This document shows, piece after piece, positions 35,434-46,108 of a stretch of 64,000 bases of DNA. The stretch spans positions 27,745-91,744 of IMG/VR virus record IMGVR_UViG_2576861733_000002; one strand, written 5' to 3'. This stretch comes from a virus (lineage: Duplodnaviria > Caudoviricetes). Numbering within the stretch: position 1 is the first letter of the stretch; every line of letters begins with the position of its first letter. The position numbers and the translations under genes are program-made. The notes beneath the pieces were generated by a model that saw only the letters and a program-made list of their open reading frames with translations, searched no databases and had not been told where the DNA came from.

Positions 35434-37136
35434 ATGGCTCTCCTCAACATACAGGCAGCAAATGCGCGTGCCGCCTGAGCAAAACTCATATCCCCGGCCC
35501 CGGCCTGAATCTCGGCAAGGTGGGCGTTAATTTCCGCCTGGTTTTCAGCGCCTGCAAAATGCGCCTGCGCCAGATCCATTTCTGACGCGAGGTCATCCTG
35601 CGCGGCGCGCAGCTCGTCATCACCGCGTTGCTGAATTGTCCGGTCGGCGTCGATGCTGGCAGACCGCGCCTGCTCATCAGCGCGCACTCTGTTCTCTGCC
35701 TGAGTCTTAAGCCTGTTCAGCGCGGCGCTACGTTCCGCTGGATCGGCAAGACGGAAAAAATCTTCTACATCGGGATTGTAACCGTCTGCCGCCTGGCGAA
35801 TCGCAGACCTCAGTGCGTTCTGACGAACAAAAATATTCGCATCACCGAAACGCTCAGCAGCAGTTCTTACACCGCCAGCCAGCGGAGAAACCTGCAACCC
35901 CTGTTTAATCTGCCCGGCTCTGGCTTCAATCAGGCTGGCCAGATCATCCGGAATTTCCCCGCGTTCAAGCTGACGTAATTTACCGCGCGAGATTTCCGCG
36001 TCACGGTTGGCAGAAATTTCTTCGCGTAGTCGTGCGGTAGATTCCTCCGTCTGCTGGCGAATTTGCTCAATATCTTTTCGCGCGCGGGCTTCCGCCTGTT
36101 TACGGCTCATGCGCTGGCCCTGATACTGTTTTGCCAGGTCTCTGAACTGCTGGTCAGCCTGCTGCAATGAGGCTTCATTTTCGGCAATCTGCCGGTTAAG
36201 GTCGGCCACGCGGGGGGATTGGCCGTCAAGCTGACCAGTGAGTGAGTCACGGTAGGGCTGAATATTTTCATTCCATGCGCGCTGCCAGGCGTAATCATCA
36301 GCGCCGGTGTTGATGGTTCGGGCCAGATCAGTCTGTGCGTCGGCAAAACTGTCGCGTAGCACCGGGGCATTATCCGGCGTAAGACCGGCAGCATTCACGG
36401 TGTCGGCCTGCCCTGCTGGCGCAGCATCAGCAACAGCCTGTGGGTTGTCCTGCTGTATGCGCTGCTGGCGACGCGCAGCAATGGAATCTCTCACAGCACC
36501 GCCAAGAGCATGCAGGCCACCGCCGGCGATCGTGTTCAGGAAGAAATTTTCCACCGCCTGCCCCAGGGTGTAATCATCACCCTCTGAAGCGGAGGCGAGG
36601 GCATTGATGGGTTCGGCAATCGCAGACTGAACAGCGCCAGCGCTGGCACCCTGAACAAACCGCTGGGCGATACGCCCGGCAACGCTGGCCGCCCGTACCT
36701 CACCCACACCAGGAATAAAGCCAAGCGCCACGTTTCCGGGATCTGTCATTGCACCAGCCAGCCCGGCGGTAAAAATAAGCGGAGTAGAAACGCCGGAAGG
36801 CGCAGATGCCAGAATCGCTTTTCGCTCCTGGGTGGCATTGTGTGTTTCTGTCAGGTGATCGAGATAAGCCTGAGTTAAACCCTGCTCCGGAATCCTGATA
36901 TTTTTGATGCCAAGGCCATCAAGTTTCTGCTGGGCTGTCTGCTGGTCTACCAGTGGCGAAGTGGGATCGTTCGCATATGATTCTGATTCAAGATACCTCC
37001 CGGCGGCATTAAATGGCCCGGAACGCATCCCCTCCGTAAAGGCCGCACCAGTAGCCTGCCCCAGCCCGCTTTCAAAGTTAGTGCCGGGTTGTTGCAGACC
37101 CGCGCCAGCATCTGCATCATCAACGTAAATTGGCAT
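35430..37136 (-). CDS. Internal virion/ejection protein
   Basis: 568 aa; Ala/Gly-rich hydrophobic segment; gene order. Confidence 0.75.
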   Translation of the reverse strand: MPIYVDDADAGAGLQQPGTNFESGLGQATGAAFTEGMRSGPFNAAGRYLESESYANDPTSPLVDQQTAQQKLDGLGIKNIRIPEQGLTQAYLDHLTETHNATQERKAILASAPSGVSTPLIFTAGLAGAMTDPGNVALGFIPGVGEVRAASVAGRIAQRFVQGASAGAVQSAIAEPINALASASEGDDYTLGQAVENFFLNTIAGGGLHALGGAVRDSIAARRQQRIQQDNPQAVADAAPAGQADTVNAAGLTPDNAPVLRDSFADAQTDLARTINTGADDYAWQRAWNENIQPYRDSLTGQLDGQSPRVADLNRQIAENEASLQQADQQFRDLAKQYQGQRMSRKQAEARARKDIEQIRQQTEESTARLREEISANRDAEISRGKLRQLERGEIPDDLASLIEARAGQIKQGLQVSPLAGGVRTAAERFGDANIFVRQNALRSAIRQAADGYNPDVEDFFRLADPAERSAALNRLKTQAENRVRADEQARSASIDADRTIQQRGDDELRAAQDDLASEMDLAQAHFAGAENQAEINAHLAEIQAGAGDMSFAQAARAFAACMLRRAI

Positions 37137-39834
37137 TGGTATCCCTCATTCCTTCGCTGAATGACTGACCGCCCTGCTGCTGGCCGCCGAACGTTTCCCG
37201 TAGCCCCTGAAGGTTAGTCGCGCGCTCTCCGCGCTGGGTACCCGGCGTGTATTCTTTTTCACTGGTCAGAACTTTTTTCGTGCGCTGCCAGAGCGATGGA
37301 TCCGCTTTGGCAAGTTTATCCAGATCGGAAAAACTCACCGTTACCGGATTACCGCTGGCATCGTTCTGCACATTGTTTCCGAGATAAAGCACCAGCCCGG
37401 TGTCGTCCGCATTATTAACCCAATGGGCGTTATTTTTTACTTCGTAGAGCGTTTGCGATTTCGCGAATTCGTCGGGCGTGTTTTTCCCGAAATTGAGCGG
37501 CTGCAACTGATCGGCTGTCAGTTTTTCTTTGAACAGGCTGGCGCCGCGGTCAATATAATCTGGCTGGTATCCGAGATAGGTCGGTACACGATAGGTATTG
37601 TTCACGGTGTACTGGCTGGTGAACATATCAGCAACTGCCTGTTTTGCTGCATCGCCGGGACTCATTCCACGCAGAACGTTGATCATCGTGAGGCGCTGGC
37701 CCTGCTCATTTAGTGTGTTCCAGCTTCCTGCACCGCCCGGCTGCACAAGCATAGTCTGGCGAAAATCAGCAGACGCATCCGCCCATTCCTGAGCTGTGCT
37801 GGTGTCCGAGCCTTTGCCATTTTTTGCGATTATGGACTCTTTCAGGCTGGCCGTTGGTGTGTTTCGTTCCTGCCACAGTGGCACGCTGGCGCGCGGATTA
37901 CCCGCCGAAAGCGCACCAACGAGCGCCCCATTTTTACTTTGCCCCATTATCTGGCGGCCAACGCTCTGGGAGTAAGGCCCAAAGGCGTTTAGTTGCTGGC
38001 GAATGGAATCGACAGTGGTTTCTTTGTTGTTGTTAAAGCTTTCCGCCATCGCGTCAGCCACGGAATCAGGAAGCAATTTTGTGCTGTTGACGCCGAAGCG
38101 TGATTTTTCAGACTGAACAGAAGCAATAAACGACTGCGCAGAAGTGGGATCTGCCGGGTTCTGCTGCCATGAAGAAAAGGCCTGCTGTACGAGCGGCGAA
38201 TTTTTTATAAACCATGCGCCCGGATCGCTCTGCCGCTGCTGCTCGGTCTGGTTAAGCTGCGCAGATGCTTTCTGGTAAAGCGTCATCTTACGGTCAAAAT
38301 CAGGATCATTGGCCTGCGGATAGAGCGCCTGCACACTCTGGCGGGCAGAGATCGCCGGTTGCGTCATGATGGTGTTATAGGTCGGTACGAGCGCTTTCGT
38401 CGCTTCGTATTCGTCATACTGGCGGCTGAATTGCTCCAGTTGCTGCGCTGTCGCGCCCTCAGGCAAATAAGATAAATATTCCTGCCGTGACACATCACGG
38501 GTAGGCATTATCCCGTTCTGCATCTGCGCCATATTATTTTGCATCGTATCCTGAAGGTTCTGCATCCCGTAGGCGCGCTGGCGGTTCACCTCGGCGGAAA
38601 CCTGCCCGATAAACTGGCTTTTCTGCTCCGGGCTGGCGTTCTGGTACCAGGGCATTTTCTGGATCTGAGCAATTTCCGCTTCCGGCGGTAACGACTGTGC
38701 ACGGCTAAGAACGCCCATTGTGTAATTACGCGTCTCGTTAAAAGGGATCCCGGCGATAAACTGGTCGTTTGAAATTTCGCCTTTATTCGGGTCGCCAAGG
38801 CGTAGCAGCGCCGGATTTTTCCCGGTCTGGTTTGTGCCGTTTATCCAGTCATCAACTGCGCCCGGCCCGGCGTTATAGGCAGCGACCGCAAGCGCCTGGT
38901 TACCGTTATATTTTTTCGTTAAATCCTGATGGTAAAGCTGACCTATGCGCATGTTGTATCCGGCGTCACTCATGAATCGCTGCGGATCCCATGCGATACC
39001 GTGTTTATCGGCTGTCTCCTGCGCCGTTTCTGGCAATACCTGCGCAATCCCCATGGCACCCGCGGGCGACGTGAGTGTTTGCCCGTTGCCGTCAAACTGC
39101 CTTCCACCGGATTCTGAGGGGATCATCGCTGAAAAAATTTTGTCGGATGAAACATTTCCCGGTGTAAACGTCGCCGGTGAAGTCAGTTGGCGGGTTCTCC
39201 AGTCGGCAATGTAGGCCTGCGTGGCGTTCTGCGACATCTGCTGATCTAGGCGTGCCACCCGCCCGTTGATTTCGTCAGTTGACCAGCCGTTTGCCTGCCC
39301 GAAGGTGTGGATGGCATCAATAGCTTTTGCACGGCTCAACGCGTAATTAGTGGAATCGTTCCGGTAATTCTCGGCATCGTTCACGGCCATTTGCAAACGC
39401 CCGTCAAGTTGCCCACGGCTGTAATCCTGATACTGCTGGTATTCATGAGCATCAGCAGAACTTTGCAGTTGTAGCCGGGTTGCGGCCACCTGCCTGGCCC
39501 AGTCATCGCGGCGGCCTTCCGGGATACTTTGCCCCAGCGTTCCGGCGGCCTGATCATATTGCTTAAGGGCATCATCAGATGCACCTATCGCGTTTTGCCC
39601 TTCTTTTTGACGCACCTGATTGAAGAGGTTGTATTTAATGGTATCGAGCTTGAGCGCTCCATCCTGCAATGCAGTATCAGTCACCTGGCGGTTAATGGAT
39701 TCCGTTGCTCGCGCGGCAGAATCAGCACCAGCCCCAAGGATCTGCAGATCGGTAGTGGTCTGGGGGAGATTAACGGGGCCAGCACCAAGCCCCTGCGTGG
39801 TGTTCTGGCGGTTATAGAAAGGCAAAGTGGCCAT
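37120..39834 (-). CDS. Internal virion protein with lytic transglycosylase domain
   Basis: ESGG, GAMGIAQVLPETA, AAYNAGPG, ETRNY SLT motifs. Confidence 0.88.
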   Translation of the reverse strand: MATLPFYNRQNTTQGLGAGPVNLPQTTTDLQILGAGADSAARATESINRQVTDTALQDGALKLDTIKYNLFNQVRQKEGQNAIGASDDALKQYDQAAGTLGQSIPEGRRDDWARQVAATRLQLQSSADAHEYQQYQDYSRGQLDGRLQMAVNDAENYRNDSTNYALSRAKAIDAIHTFGQANGWSTDEINGRVARLDQQMSQNATQAYIADWRTRQLTSPATFTPGNVSSDKIFSAMIPSESGGRQFDGNGQTLTSPAGAMGIAQVLPETAQETADKHGIAWDPQRFMSDAGYNMRIGQLYHQDLTKKYNGNQALAVAAYNAGPGAVDDWINGTNQTGKNPALLRLGDPNKGEISNDQFIAGIPFNETRNYTMGVLSRAQSLPPEAEIAQIQKMPWYQNASPEQKSQFIGQVSAEVNRQRAYGMQNLQDTMQNNMAQMQNGIMPTRDVSRQEYLSYLPEGATAQQLEQFSRQYDEYEATKALVPTYNTIMTQPAISARQSVQALYPQANDPDFDRKMTLYQKASAQLNQTEQQRQSDPGAWFIKNSPLVQQAFSSWQQNPADPTSAQSFIASVQSEKSRFGVNSTKLLPDSVADAMAESFNNNKETTVDSIRQQLNAFGPYSQSVGRQIMGQSKNGALVGALSAGNPRASVPLWQERNTPTASLKESIIAKNGKGSDTSTAQEWADASADFRQTMLVQPGGAGSWNTLNEQGQRLTMINVLRGMSPGDAAKQAVADMFTSQYTVNNTYRVPTYLGYQPDYIDRGASLFKEKLTADQLQPLNFGKNTPDEFAKSQTLYEVKNNAHWVNNADDTGLVLYLGNNVQNDASGNPVTVSFSDLDKLAKADPSLWQRTKKVLTSEKEYTPGTQRGERATNLQGLRETFGGQQQGGQSFSEGMRDTNANLR

Positions 39835-40328
39835 TATTTTTTCCCGTATTTAGCATTGAGATACGTTGAGCCAACCTGAGTTGCAGCCCCCAGATAACTA
39901 AGTAATCCAGGCTGGGCCGCTTTCGCCTGCTGCCGTTCGGCGTTGGCCTGATTTTGCAGTGCATCAGATTGCAGGATCCCGCTGTTAGCTTCAGCGTTGG
40001 CATCTTCCTGAATATTGATCGCCGTCTGGCGGCGTAGTAGCGCATTGGTACCACCAAATCCGGTACCACTGGCCGCAATGCGGGAATCCTGATCTGCCTG
40101 AAACTGCGCACCACGGCGGCGGATAAGTGCCGTCTGCTGGCCTGAATTCTGCACCGCCTGATTGGCTTGCTGATCGAGCAGTTGCGCATTCGTATTCAGA
40201 TTGCTGGCCTGCTGCCGGGCGCTGCTCAGGGAAGAAAATGCATTCAGTGCCGAGCTTGATGTTTGCGCAACAGGGACGGCATTATTTTTAAAGCCGTCGC
40301 CCACTGCCTGCCAGTTAACAGAATCCAT
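39834..40328 (-). CDS. Small internal virion protein (T7 gp14-like)
   Basis: Gln/Ala-rich, AASGTGFGGT; gene order. Confidence 0.7.
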   Translation of the reverse strand: MDSVNWQAVGDGFKNNAVPVAQTSSSALNAFSSLSSARQQASNLNTNAQLLDQQANQAVQNSGQQTALIRRRGAQFQADQDSRIAASGTGFGGTNALLRRQTAINIQEDANAEANSGILQSDALQNQANAERQQAKAAQPGLLSYLGAATQVGSTYLNAKYGKK

Positions 40329-40331
40329 AGT

Positions 40332-40763
40332 TCACCTCGTTATTGCCCACAGCGAAGAATCTTCCCCGCGATGATTGAATTTTTTCAGCCTGCCCTCGCA
40401 CTGCATGCCAAGCATCGAAAGAAATCGCTCACCTTCCGGAAAAGAGGTGCTGGCCTCAATGCGGTGGTAATCGTTCAGTGCCTTATGCAGGCCACGCTTT
40501 GTTGCCCTGAAAATTTCAGGCCAGATATTGGGAATGCCTGCGGAGATGATCATCCATGCATGACCAATACCGGCATCAAATACCAGTCCATATTTTTCAG
40601 CAGGCACAAAGCCACCGATAGCAACCGGCCTCCCATCATGAAGGCATGTAATCGCACCAACCTCCGCGATATTGTCTGCATGCTGTTGCGTCCTGATGCA
40701 GCCTGTCTGCAATGGCTGTGGTGCAATATCCATCAGGTGCCACGGCTCAAACAGAACGATCAT
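40332..40763 (-). CDS. GNAT-like protein (T7 gp13-like)
   Basis: PVAIGG..RFLSMLGMQCEG. Confidence 0.65.
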   Translation of the reverse strand: MIVLFEPWHLMDIAPQPLQTGCIRTQQHADNIAEVGAITCLHDGRPVAIGGFVPAEKYGLVFDAGIGHAWMIISAGIPNIWPEIFRATKRGLHKALNDYHRIEASTSFPEGERFLSMLGMQCEGRLKKFNHRGEDSSLWAITR

Positions 40764-41053
40764 CAGCCCCCCAGTAACGTTTTTTGACCGGAAGAGTTAA
40801 CGGATGTACCCGATGCCCCTGTGACGTTCCCCTGGGTTCCTTGCCGCTGACGACGGCGCAACAAATCATCAGCCTGTGCCGTAGACGTATCCTGTGTTAC
40901 TGGTTGGGTGGCCTTTATTGTCGCCCCCCCTTTCTGGTTGGCATTCTGGATAGCAGAATAGCCACCGATAGCGGCGGAAATTACGGCGGCACCGGCTGTC
41001 CATGAAGCCGGATCTGCTTCCAGCGTGAATTTGCGTTTAAAAAGCATGTTCAC
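40763..41053 (-). CDS. Small virion protein
   Basis: Hydrophobic N-terminus, RRRQRQG, ends KTLLGG. Confidence 0.65.
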   Translation of the reverse strand: MNMLFKRKFTLEADPASWTAGAAVISAAIGGYSAIQNANQKGGATIKATQPVTQDTSTAQADDLLRRRQRQGTQGNVTGASGTSVNSSGQKTLLGG

Positions 41054-41451
41054 CTCACAATAGAAAATAATCGGGCGTCACACCCTGGCTGATAGTTTCG
41101 GATGATAGCGTCCTGTTGGTAACTGAGCATTTTTGCGACGCGTGCAGAAAGGTTGTCTGTGCAGATGCACTCAACACGGTGATTGTCCCGCGCAGCAATA
41201 GCGGTAAATTGCGCTGCCGCGCGGAAGATGCGGATGGAGAATTCAGCCGATTCAGGTATTGTTTTTAGCCACAACCGGACGCGGTCTGGCGCTATCTGGA
41301 TTGCGCCACCAACAGCGAATGTTTTTTGCCCACACTCCAGCGCAAACGACGGGAAAGATACCAGCGCCGCAATAGTTTCCGGCGGTAGTGGTTTCGGGAA
41401 TATTTCGTCAAGGTGAAATTCCTCAAGACGTACTATAGCGGTATCAGTCAT
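41050..41451 (-). CDS. Second GNAT-like protein
   Basis: FAVGGA..RVAKMLSY; same pattern as 40332-40763. Confidence 0.55.
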   Translation of the reverse strand: MTDTAIVRLEEFHLDEIFPKPLPPETIAALVSFPSFALECGQKTFAVGGAIQIAPDRVRLWLKTIPESAEFSIRIFRAAAQFTAIAARDNHRVECICTDNLSARVAKMLSYQQDAIIRNYQPGCDARLFSIVR

Positions 41452-43681
41452 CTTCCATTTCCCCTACGGGATCGATGCTGACAATGGTCATAGGTTGAGG
41501 CAGATCCTGAACAATACGGATGCACCCGTTTTCGTTGTATCCGCCAGGCCATGGAACAGTTACAACTCCGCTAAAAAGTGGCGGAGCCTCGTCCATATTG
41601 TCGGCATAATCTCGCGCCCGGAGCGCGTCCAGATTTTGTCCATTCTCATCACCGTACTTGCCGCCCAACGTATCAAGAAAGCGCAGGCGCGCTTTTGCAA
41701 AACGTTTCTGCCCCCCCTCTAATGGCAGAGTGATCAATTCTGCCGCGTTGTTGTAACCCGCATGCACTACATTAGAGGCCCACTCCAGTGATATTTTCCC
41801 GCCGCTGACGATCCGTTCAGGGTGTGTGGCTCCATCTGTTACCACGCTAATGGTTTCGCCTTCCAGATGATTAAGCCCTGAAATTTCTGTCACTGCCGCA
41901 CCGTTGTAAGTCAGCATGCAATCAAGCACAGTTGCATTCGGTTGGTCCATCACTGTGCCGTCAAATTCTGATGTCATGTACTCGATGTAACGCTTTGTAG
42001 TGCCGTTGATGGTTCGCTTAACCACCATCCACACTTCATCACGTCCACCGTTGATATCAGGGATGCATTTCACACACTCAACGGCGCCACCGACATTGTG
42101 CCGGTGCCAACCGATCACGTTCTGCTCTGTGTTATGGGTAAGTGCCCGCAAGGAGCCATCAGAAAGAGCGCACCACAGGATGCGATTAGGTTCCTGCTGG
42201 TAGGACATACTGATAATGCCTGGGGCCGTTATGTGCGGTGCGAGGATAGTCTGATCTGTCGTGCTATAACCGTCCGTTGCAGAATCATACATAGCACCGA
42301 GCACCTTTCTCCCGGCGCGCTGCACGAAGGCAACACCGTTGCCCATGCGCTCGGCCACCACTTCATTTGATCCATATGAACTGTTGAGTTCTACTTTGGT
42401 ATTGCCCGCCCCGAATGGTGAAGTAACGCTTTGCTCGCCATACGTAAATTCAAAACCGGCTGTGCCTATGAATATTTTCCCGGCCGCCGGTATCATCCAT
42501 TGCAATGCATCCTGAGTATCATCAATGCGATCATTGATAGAATCATCGCTTTCTGCTTCAAACCCATTTGTCATGGGGTTGAAGTTTTCAAGATCGCCCG
42601 CAACGCTCGACCATATTTTTCTGTTGCCAGAGAAAACCAGCCTGCCCCGAAAAAAGGCTACAAACTGTGGATATGTAGCGGCTTCTGACCATTCACCAAA
42701 CGCCCATGCATATGTCGGGGATGACATGACAGATGCCGGAAGTTCAAGGAGTATTTTGCCAACTGCATGTTTTGAGTCTGTTACTGATGTGATGAGGACG
42801 GCGCCCCACGTAGCTGCATATCTCCATTTTACTTTTGTTGTTGAGTCGCCAGCGCCGTCGTAATGCGCGCCAGCAGTCCACGTGGGTTGAACGTTGCCGG
42901 TTGTCCCGGCAGTCATAGCTTCATAGAATTTACCGTCAGAAAAGAAGATATAACCCACGGACACCGTTTTTCCTGAATACCAGGTATTGGCATCTGAAGA
43001 GATACTTTCGATATAAAACAAAGAGCCAACGTGGGTACTCTTAAAAATATCGGCGTTAGCAGTAATTGTGCAAAGCGAGCTTGTAGTGGGTGTGCCATCG
43101 GGTAAATCTTCACCGTCTGCTGACCATGGGCGAAACTGATTAGTAGAGACGACAATTGTTTTATCAGAATTGATGTCCTGAAACGGGCCACCTCTGAAAT
43201 TTGCCTTTTCAAATGTCCAGTTAGTGTTAGTAATACGCGTTAATTTATAAACCGGATATTTGCCGTTTATGCAACACACATAGATCACATCGCCGCTTTG
43301 CTGCATTGACAGCCCAAACTTACCGTTATTGGTCAGATCATCAGCAGTGTATGGCGTTGCGATTTCCAGCGTATTCCCACTACCGTCATAAACAACACCA
43401 TGATCGTAAAACAGGCGGATATAGCCCGGTCCAATTTCCATAATAAAAGCCTGTGAGGTGCTGTATTCGAAGCTGGCCAGCCAGACTTTATTGGCGCTGT
43501 TTTTCACCTCACCCACAAAATAAGTCCCGCCGCGCCGCCTGGCCGGTCCCTGTGGCAACGGGATAAAGTTCATCATGTACTTAACGGCGCTGGCCCACTT
43601 ATCGAAATCGACCTGCCCATACATGACAGGTGCCAGCTCACCGGCATTAAATGATCGCTTCGTTGGTTTTATTTTTGCCAT
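41444..43681 (-). CDS. Tail tubular protein B (nozzle)
   Basis: SFNAGELAP..NFIPLPQGPARRRGGT; YPQFVAFFRGRLVF; GWHRH. Confidence 0.88.
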   Translation of the reverse strand: MAKIKPTKRSFNAGELAPVMYGQVDFDKWASAVKYMMNFIPLPQGPARRRGGTYFVGEVKNSANKVWLASFEYSTSQAFIMEIGPGYIRLFYDHGVVYDGSGNTLEIATPYTADDLTNNGKFGLSMQQSGDVIYVCCINGKYPVYKLTRITNTNWTFEKANFRGGPFQDINSDKTIVVSTNQFRPWSADGEDLPDGTPTTSSLCTITANADIFKSTHVGSLFYIESISSDANTWYSGKTVSVGYIFFSDGKFYEAMTAGTTGNVQPTWTAGAHYDGAGDSTTKVKWRYAATWGAVLITSVTDSKHAVGKILLELPASVMSSPTYAWAFGEWSEAATYPQFVAFFRGRLVFSGNRKIWSSVAGDLENFNPMTNGFEAESDDSINDRIDDTQDALQWMIPAAGKIFIGTAGFEFTYGEQSVTSPFGAGNTKVELNSSYGSNEVVAERMGNGVAFVQRAGRKVLGAMYDSATDGYSTTDQTILAPHITAPGIISMSYQQEPNRILWCALSDGSLRALTHNTEQNVIGWHRHNVGGAVECVKCIPDINGGRDEVWMVVKRTINGTTKRYIEYMTSEFDGTVMDQPNATVLDCMLTYNGAAVTEISGLNHLEGETISVVTDGATHPERIVSGGKISLEWASNVVHAGYNNAAELITLPLEGGQKRFAKARLRFLDTLGGKYGDENGQNLDALRARDYADNMDEAPPLFSGVVTVPWPGGYNENGCIRIVQDLPQPMTIVSIDPVGEMEDD

Positions 43682-43682
43682 A

Positions 43683-44288
43683 TCACAATCTCGCAGCCAT
43701 CCACGTAGAAGGTGGAAATCTTTCAGAGGGTTTTTCGATAGCGTTAGCCCGAACGGCACCAGCGATAATCGTCTGGAATTCGTCGCGTAACGAAGTGACA
43801 AGCGTGTCCTTTCCTGTCACTGCTTTGCATGACCGGATCGCCAGTTGGCAGGCCAGGGCATCAACAAACGTGGAATCAAACTGAGCGGCGTCGGTGACTC
43901 TGGCGCGGTAGCGCAGGCTGAGCGGCGGCGGTAAGTTGGTGAGCAGTTCCCGGCCTTCAATACGATATTCAGCGGTAACGAGTCGGGGATCGTATTCCGT
44001 CCAGTTGCTATCGACGTACATATCCCCCACGGAAACGAGCGCCAGCAAATCGACAGGCAACTGGTACGCGAATTGATAATCAATGGTCGGGGTTTTGTTC
44101 AGCGGTGTTAACTGGACACTTCGCGCGCAAAAATTCCATGCGTATTCACGCTGAAGCTTTTCAAGAAGAGGTTTGTAAATCAGGTTCATCAGGCGTGAAT
44201 TTTTATCCTGTGTGTTCCTGTCCATGAGATGATCGGAACCCAGGAAAGAAACCAGCGCCAGATTCATAATATCGGTTTCACCGGTCAT
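43683..44288 (-). CDS. Tail tubular protein A (adaptor)
   Basis: DIMNLAL..YAWNFC..YAYQLP-like motif..FVDALACQLA. Confidence 0.85.
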   Translation of the reverse strand: MTGETDIMNLALVSFLGSDHLMDRNTQDKNSRLMNLIYKPLLEKLQREYAWNFCARSVQLTPLNKTPTIDYQFAYQLPVDLLALVSVGDMYVDSNWTEYDPRLVTAEYRIEGRELLTNLPPPLSLRYRARVTDAAQFDSTFVDALACQLAIRSCKAVTGKDTLVTSLRDEFQTIIAGAVRANAIEKPSERFPPSTWMAARL

Positions 44289-44346
44289 CGTGGTACCCCA
44301 TAAAAAAGCAGGGGCCGCAGCCCCTGAAAGCACATCTCCACCCTTT

Positions 44347-45063
44347 TTAAGACGCGGTAACAGTTACGTTGATAGTCGCTGTTGCAGTCCCTTTCGTGAT
44401 GGTGATTACCGCAGAACCAGCAGCCACGCCGTGAATGGTCACGACTCCGTTAGCGTATGTAACAGTAGCGGTACCAGTTGCAGACGAAGCAACAGTAACC
44501 GGCGAATCACCCGCCAATTCCAGACTGATAGTCCGGTCAGCCCCTACAACCACAGAAGTGGAAGTCGTAGCAAAGACAATACTGTCAGCACCGGAGTTGC
44601 TCAGGTTGAGCGCGGCAAACTCCACGTTATTGGCGTACGAACGCCACGTCTGAGCGTCTTTAGTGATAAAAGCATCCAGTTTGCCAGCAGTAAACGGGCC
44701 GGTCGCGACGGTGTAATACAGGCTCAAATAACGCTTGTATGATGCCGATGGGAGCGCCACAACTACAGCGGGCTTGCCAGCCACAAGCGTCGCCAGCGCC
44801 TTAGCGGTCGTCGTAAAAATAACTGTCGGGGTATCGGATCGATCTTCATTGGCGTAAGAACGCAGCTCGATAGTCAGCGTCGCGGCACCAGCAGCGGTAA
44901 ATGTCACGCCGGGAATAACGACGAGAAAAGTCGGCTCGCCTGCGCCAGCGTCGATCACGGTGTTGTAATCAAACGCCGGATTAAAATCGATGATGTTCGT
45001 ACTGGCCGCAGAAGCAGTGATCGCCTGTGCGTCAGAAAATTCAAGCTGGGCATCTACAAACAT
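44347..45063 (-). CDS. Capsid cement/decoration protein (Bbp16-like) with Ig-like C-terminal domain
   Basis: DAQLEFSDAQAITASAASTNIID..RYLSLYYTV; C-terminal VTIHGVAAGSAVITIT. Confidence 0.75.
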   Translation of the reverse strand: MFVDAQLEFSDAQAITASAASTNIIDFNPAFDYNTVIDAGAGEPTFLVVIPGVTFTAAGAATLTIELRSYANEDRSDTPTVIFTTTAKALATLVAGKPAVVVALPSASYKRYLSLYYTVATGPFTAGKLDAFITKDAQTWRSYANNVEFAALNLSNSGADSIVFATTSTSVVVGADRTISLELAGDSPVTVASSATGTATVTYANGVVTIHGVAAGSAVITITKGTATATINVTVTAS

Positions 45064-45102
45064 GGGTTATCTCCTGAAAAAGTGAACGGGAAAGACGCCC
45101 CG

Positions 45103-46098
45103 TTAAGAGGCGACTACCTGAGCTTCCCCGATTTTCAACTGATCAACGCGGCGGACCGGAACTTCACCAAAGAACATGGTGCGGCGGCCGCCTGCCATTT
45201 CCATGGTCAGGGTTGAGTTTTTCACGGCATCCACCAGTTGCAGACGGAGCATTGCGCGCAGCGTACGGTTCATGTAATACGCCGGGCTGACACCGACCAG
45301 CGACTGAATACGTTCTTCCGCAATCGCCATCAGCTTAATGAGGTTTGCACCCGCATTAGCATTCGTGCGTAAAGCAGTAACGTTGATATTCGCGATACGC
45401 ACCGCATAGCGCCAGTCATGCAGAGCAATCCCTAAATCCCAGGAATACAAATCCATGTATGCGCGGAAGCGGTTGCCGTCATCATCGAAGGCATCCCCTT
45501 CGCCCAGATCGCGATGTGTCAGTCCAGCTTTGGAACCTTTCGGGAAAACGCCGTAAACCTTCTCAGGTGCCCAGCCAACGAGCCAGATCGAGGTCAAATT
45601 AGGGCCTGTACCGCCAGCATCAATGATGTTTTCGGCATTCGGTGCTGACAGGTCACTGAAACGCGGGGCCAACCCAAGAAATGCTTCCGGCTGCCCAACC
45701 AGCGTGCCGTTAAGCATCTGGAATTGCGCGGTCTGATTCATGGATTCCATGAACGGTTTTGACTGGTTAAGGCGGAAACCAGCGGTATTACCGTTAAGAT
45801 TTGCTACGCGCACATCGACCTGCGAGCGGGCTTCAAGCAGGCCACAGGTTTCATCAACCTGCGCCGTGGTTGCTTTACTTTCCGGAATACCTTTGTTCAG
45901 CTTGCGCCAGTACACAGCAGGTAAACCAGTACGGGTTGTAATGCGCGTCCCGGTCGGCAAATTGCCCTCATAAAACGGGCAGTCCCAGAGCATTTCGTTG
46001 TCCTGATCAAGCAGCTCGGCCACATTTGCAGAGCTACCATCAGGATCGAGAAGTTTCGCTGCATCCCAGAGAGTCGGTAAGCCGGTAAGTGTTGGCAT
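45103..46098 (-). CDS. Major capsid protein
   Basis: 331 aa; TRTGLPAVYWRKLNKG, DWRYAVRIANI. Confidence 0.9.
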   Translation of the reverse strand: MPTLTGLPTLWDAAKLLDPDGSSANVAELLDQDNEMLWDCPFYEGNLPTGTRITTRTGLPAVYWRKLNKGIPESKATTAQVDETCGLLEARSQVDVRVANLNGNTAGFRLNQSKPFMESMNQTAQFQMLNGTLVGQPEAFLGLAPRFSDLSAPNAENIIDAGGTGPNLTSIWLVGWAPEKVYGVFPKGSKAGLTHRDLGEGDAFDDDGNRFRAYMDLYSWDLGIALHDWRYAVRIANINVTALRTNANAGANLIKLMAIAEERIQSLVGVSPAYYMNRTLRAMLRLQLVDAVKNSTLTMEMAGGRRTMFFGEVPVRRVDQLKIGEAQVVAS

Positions 46099-46108
46099 TT
46101 AAAACTCC

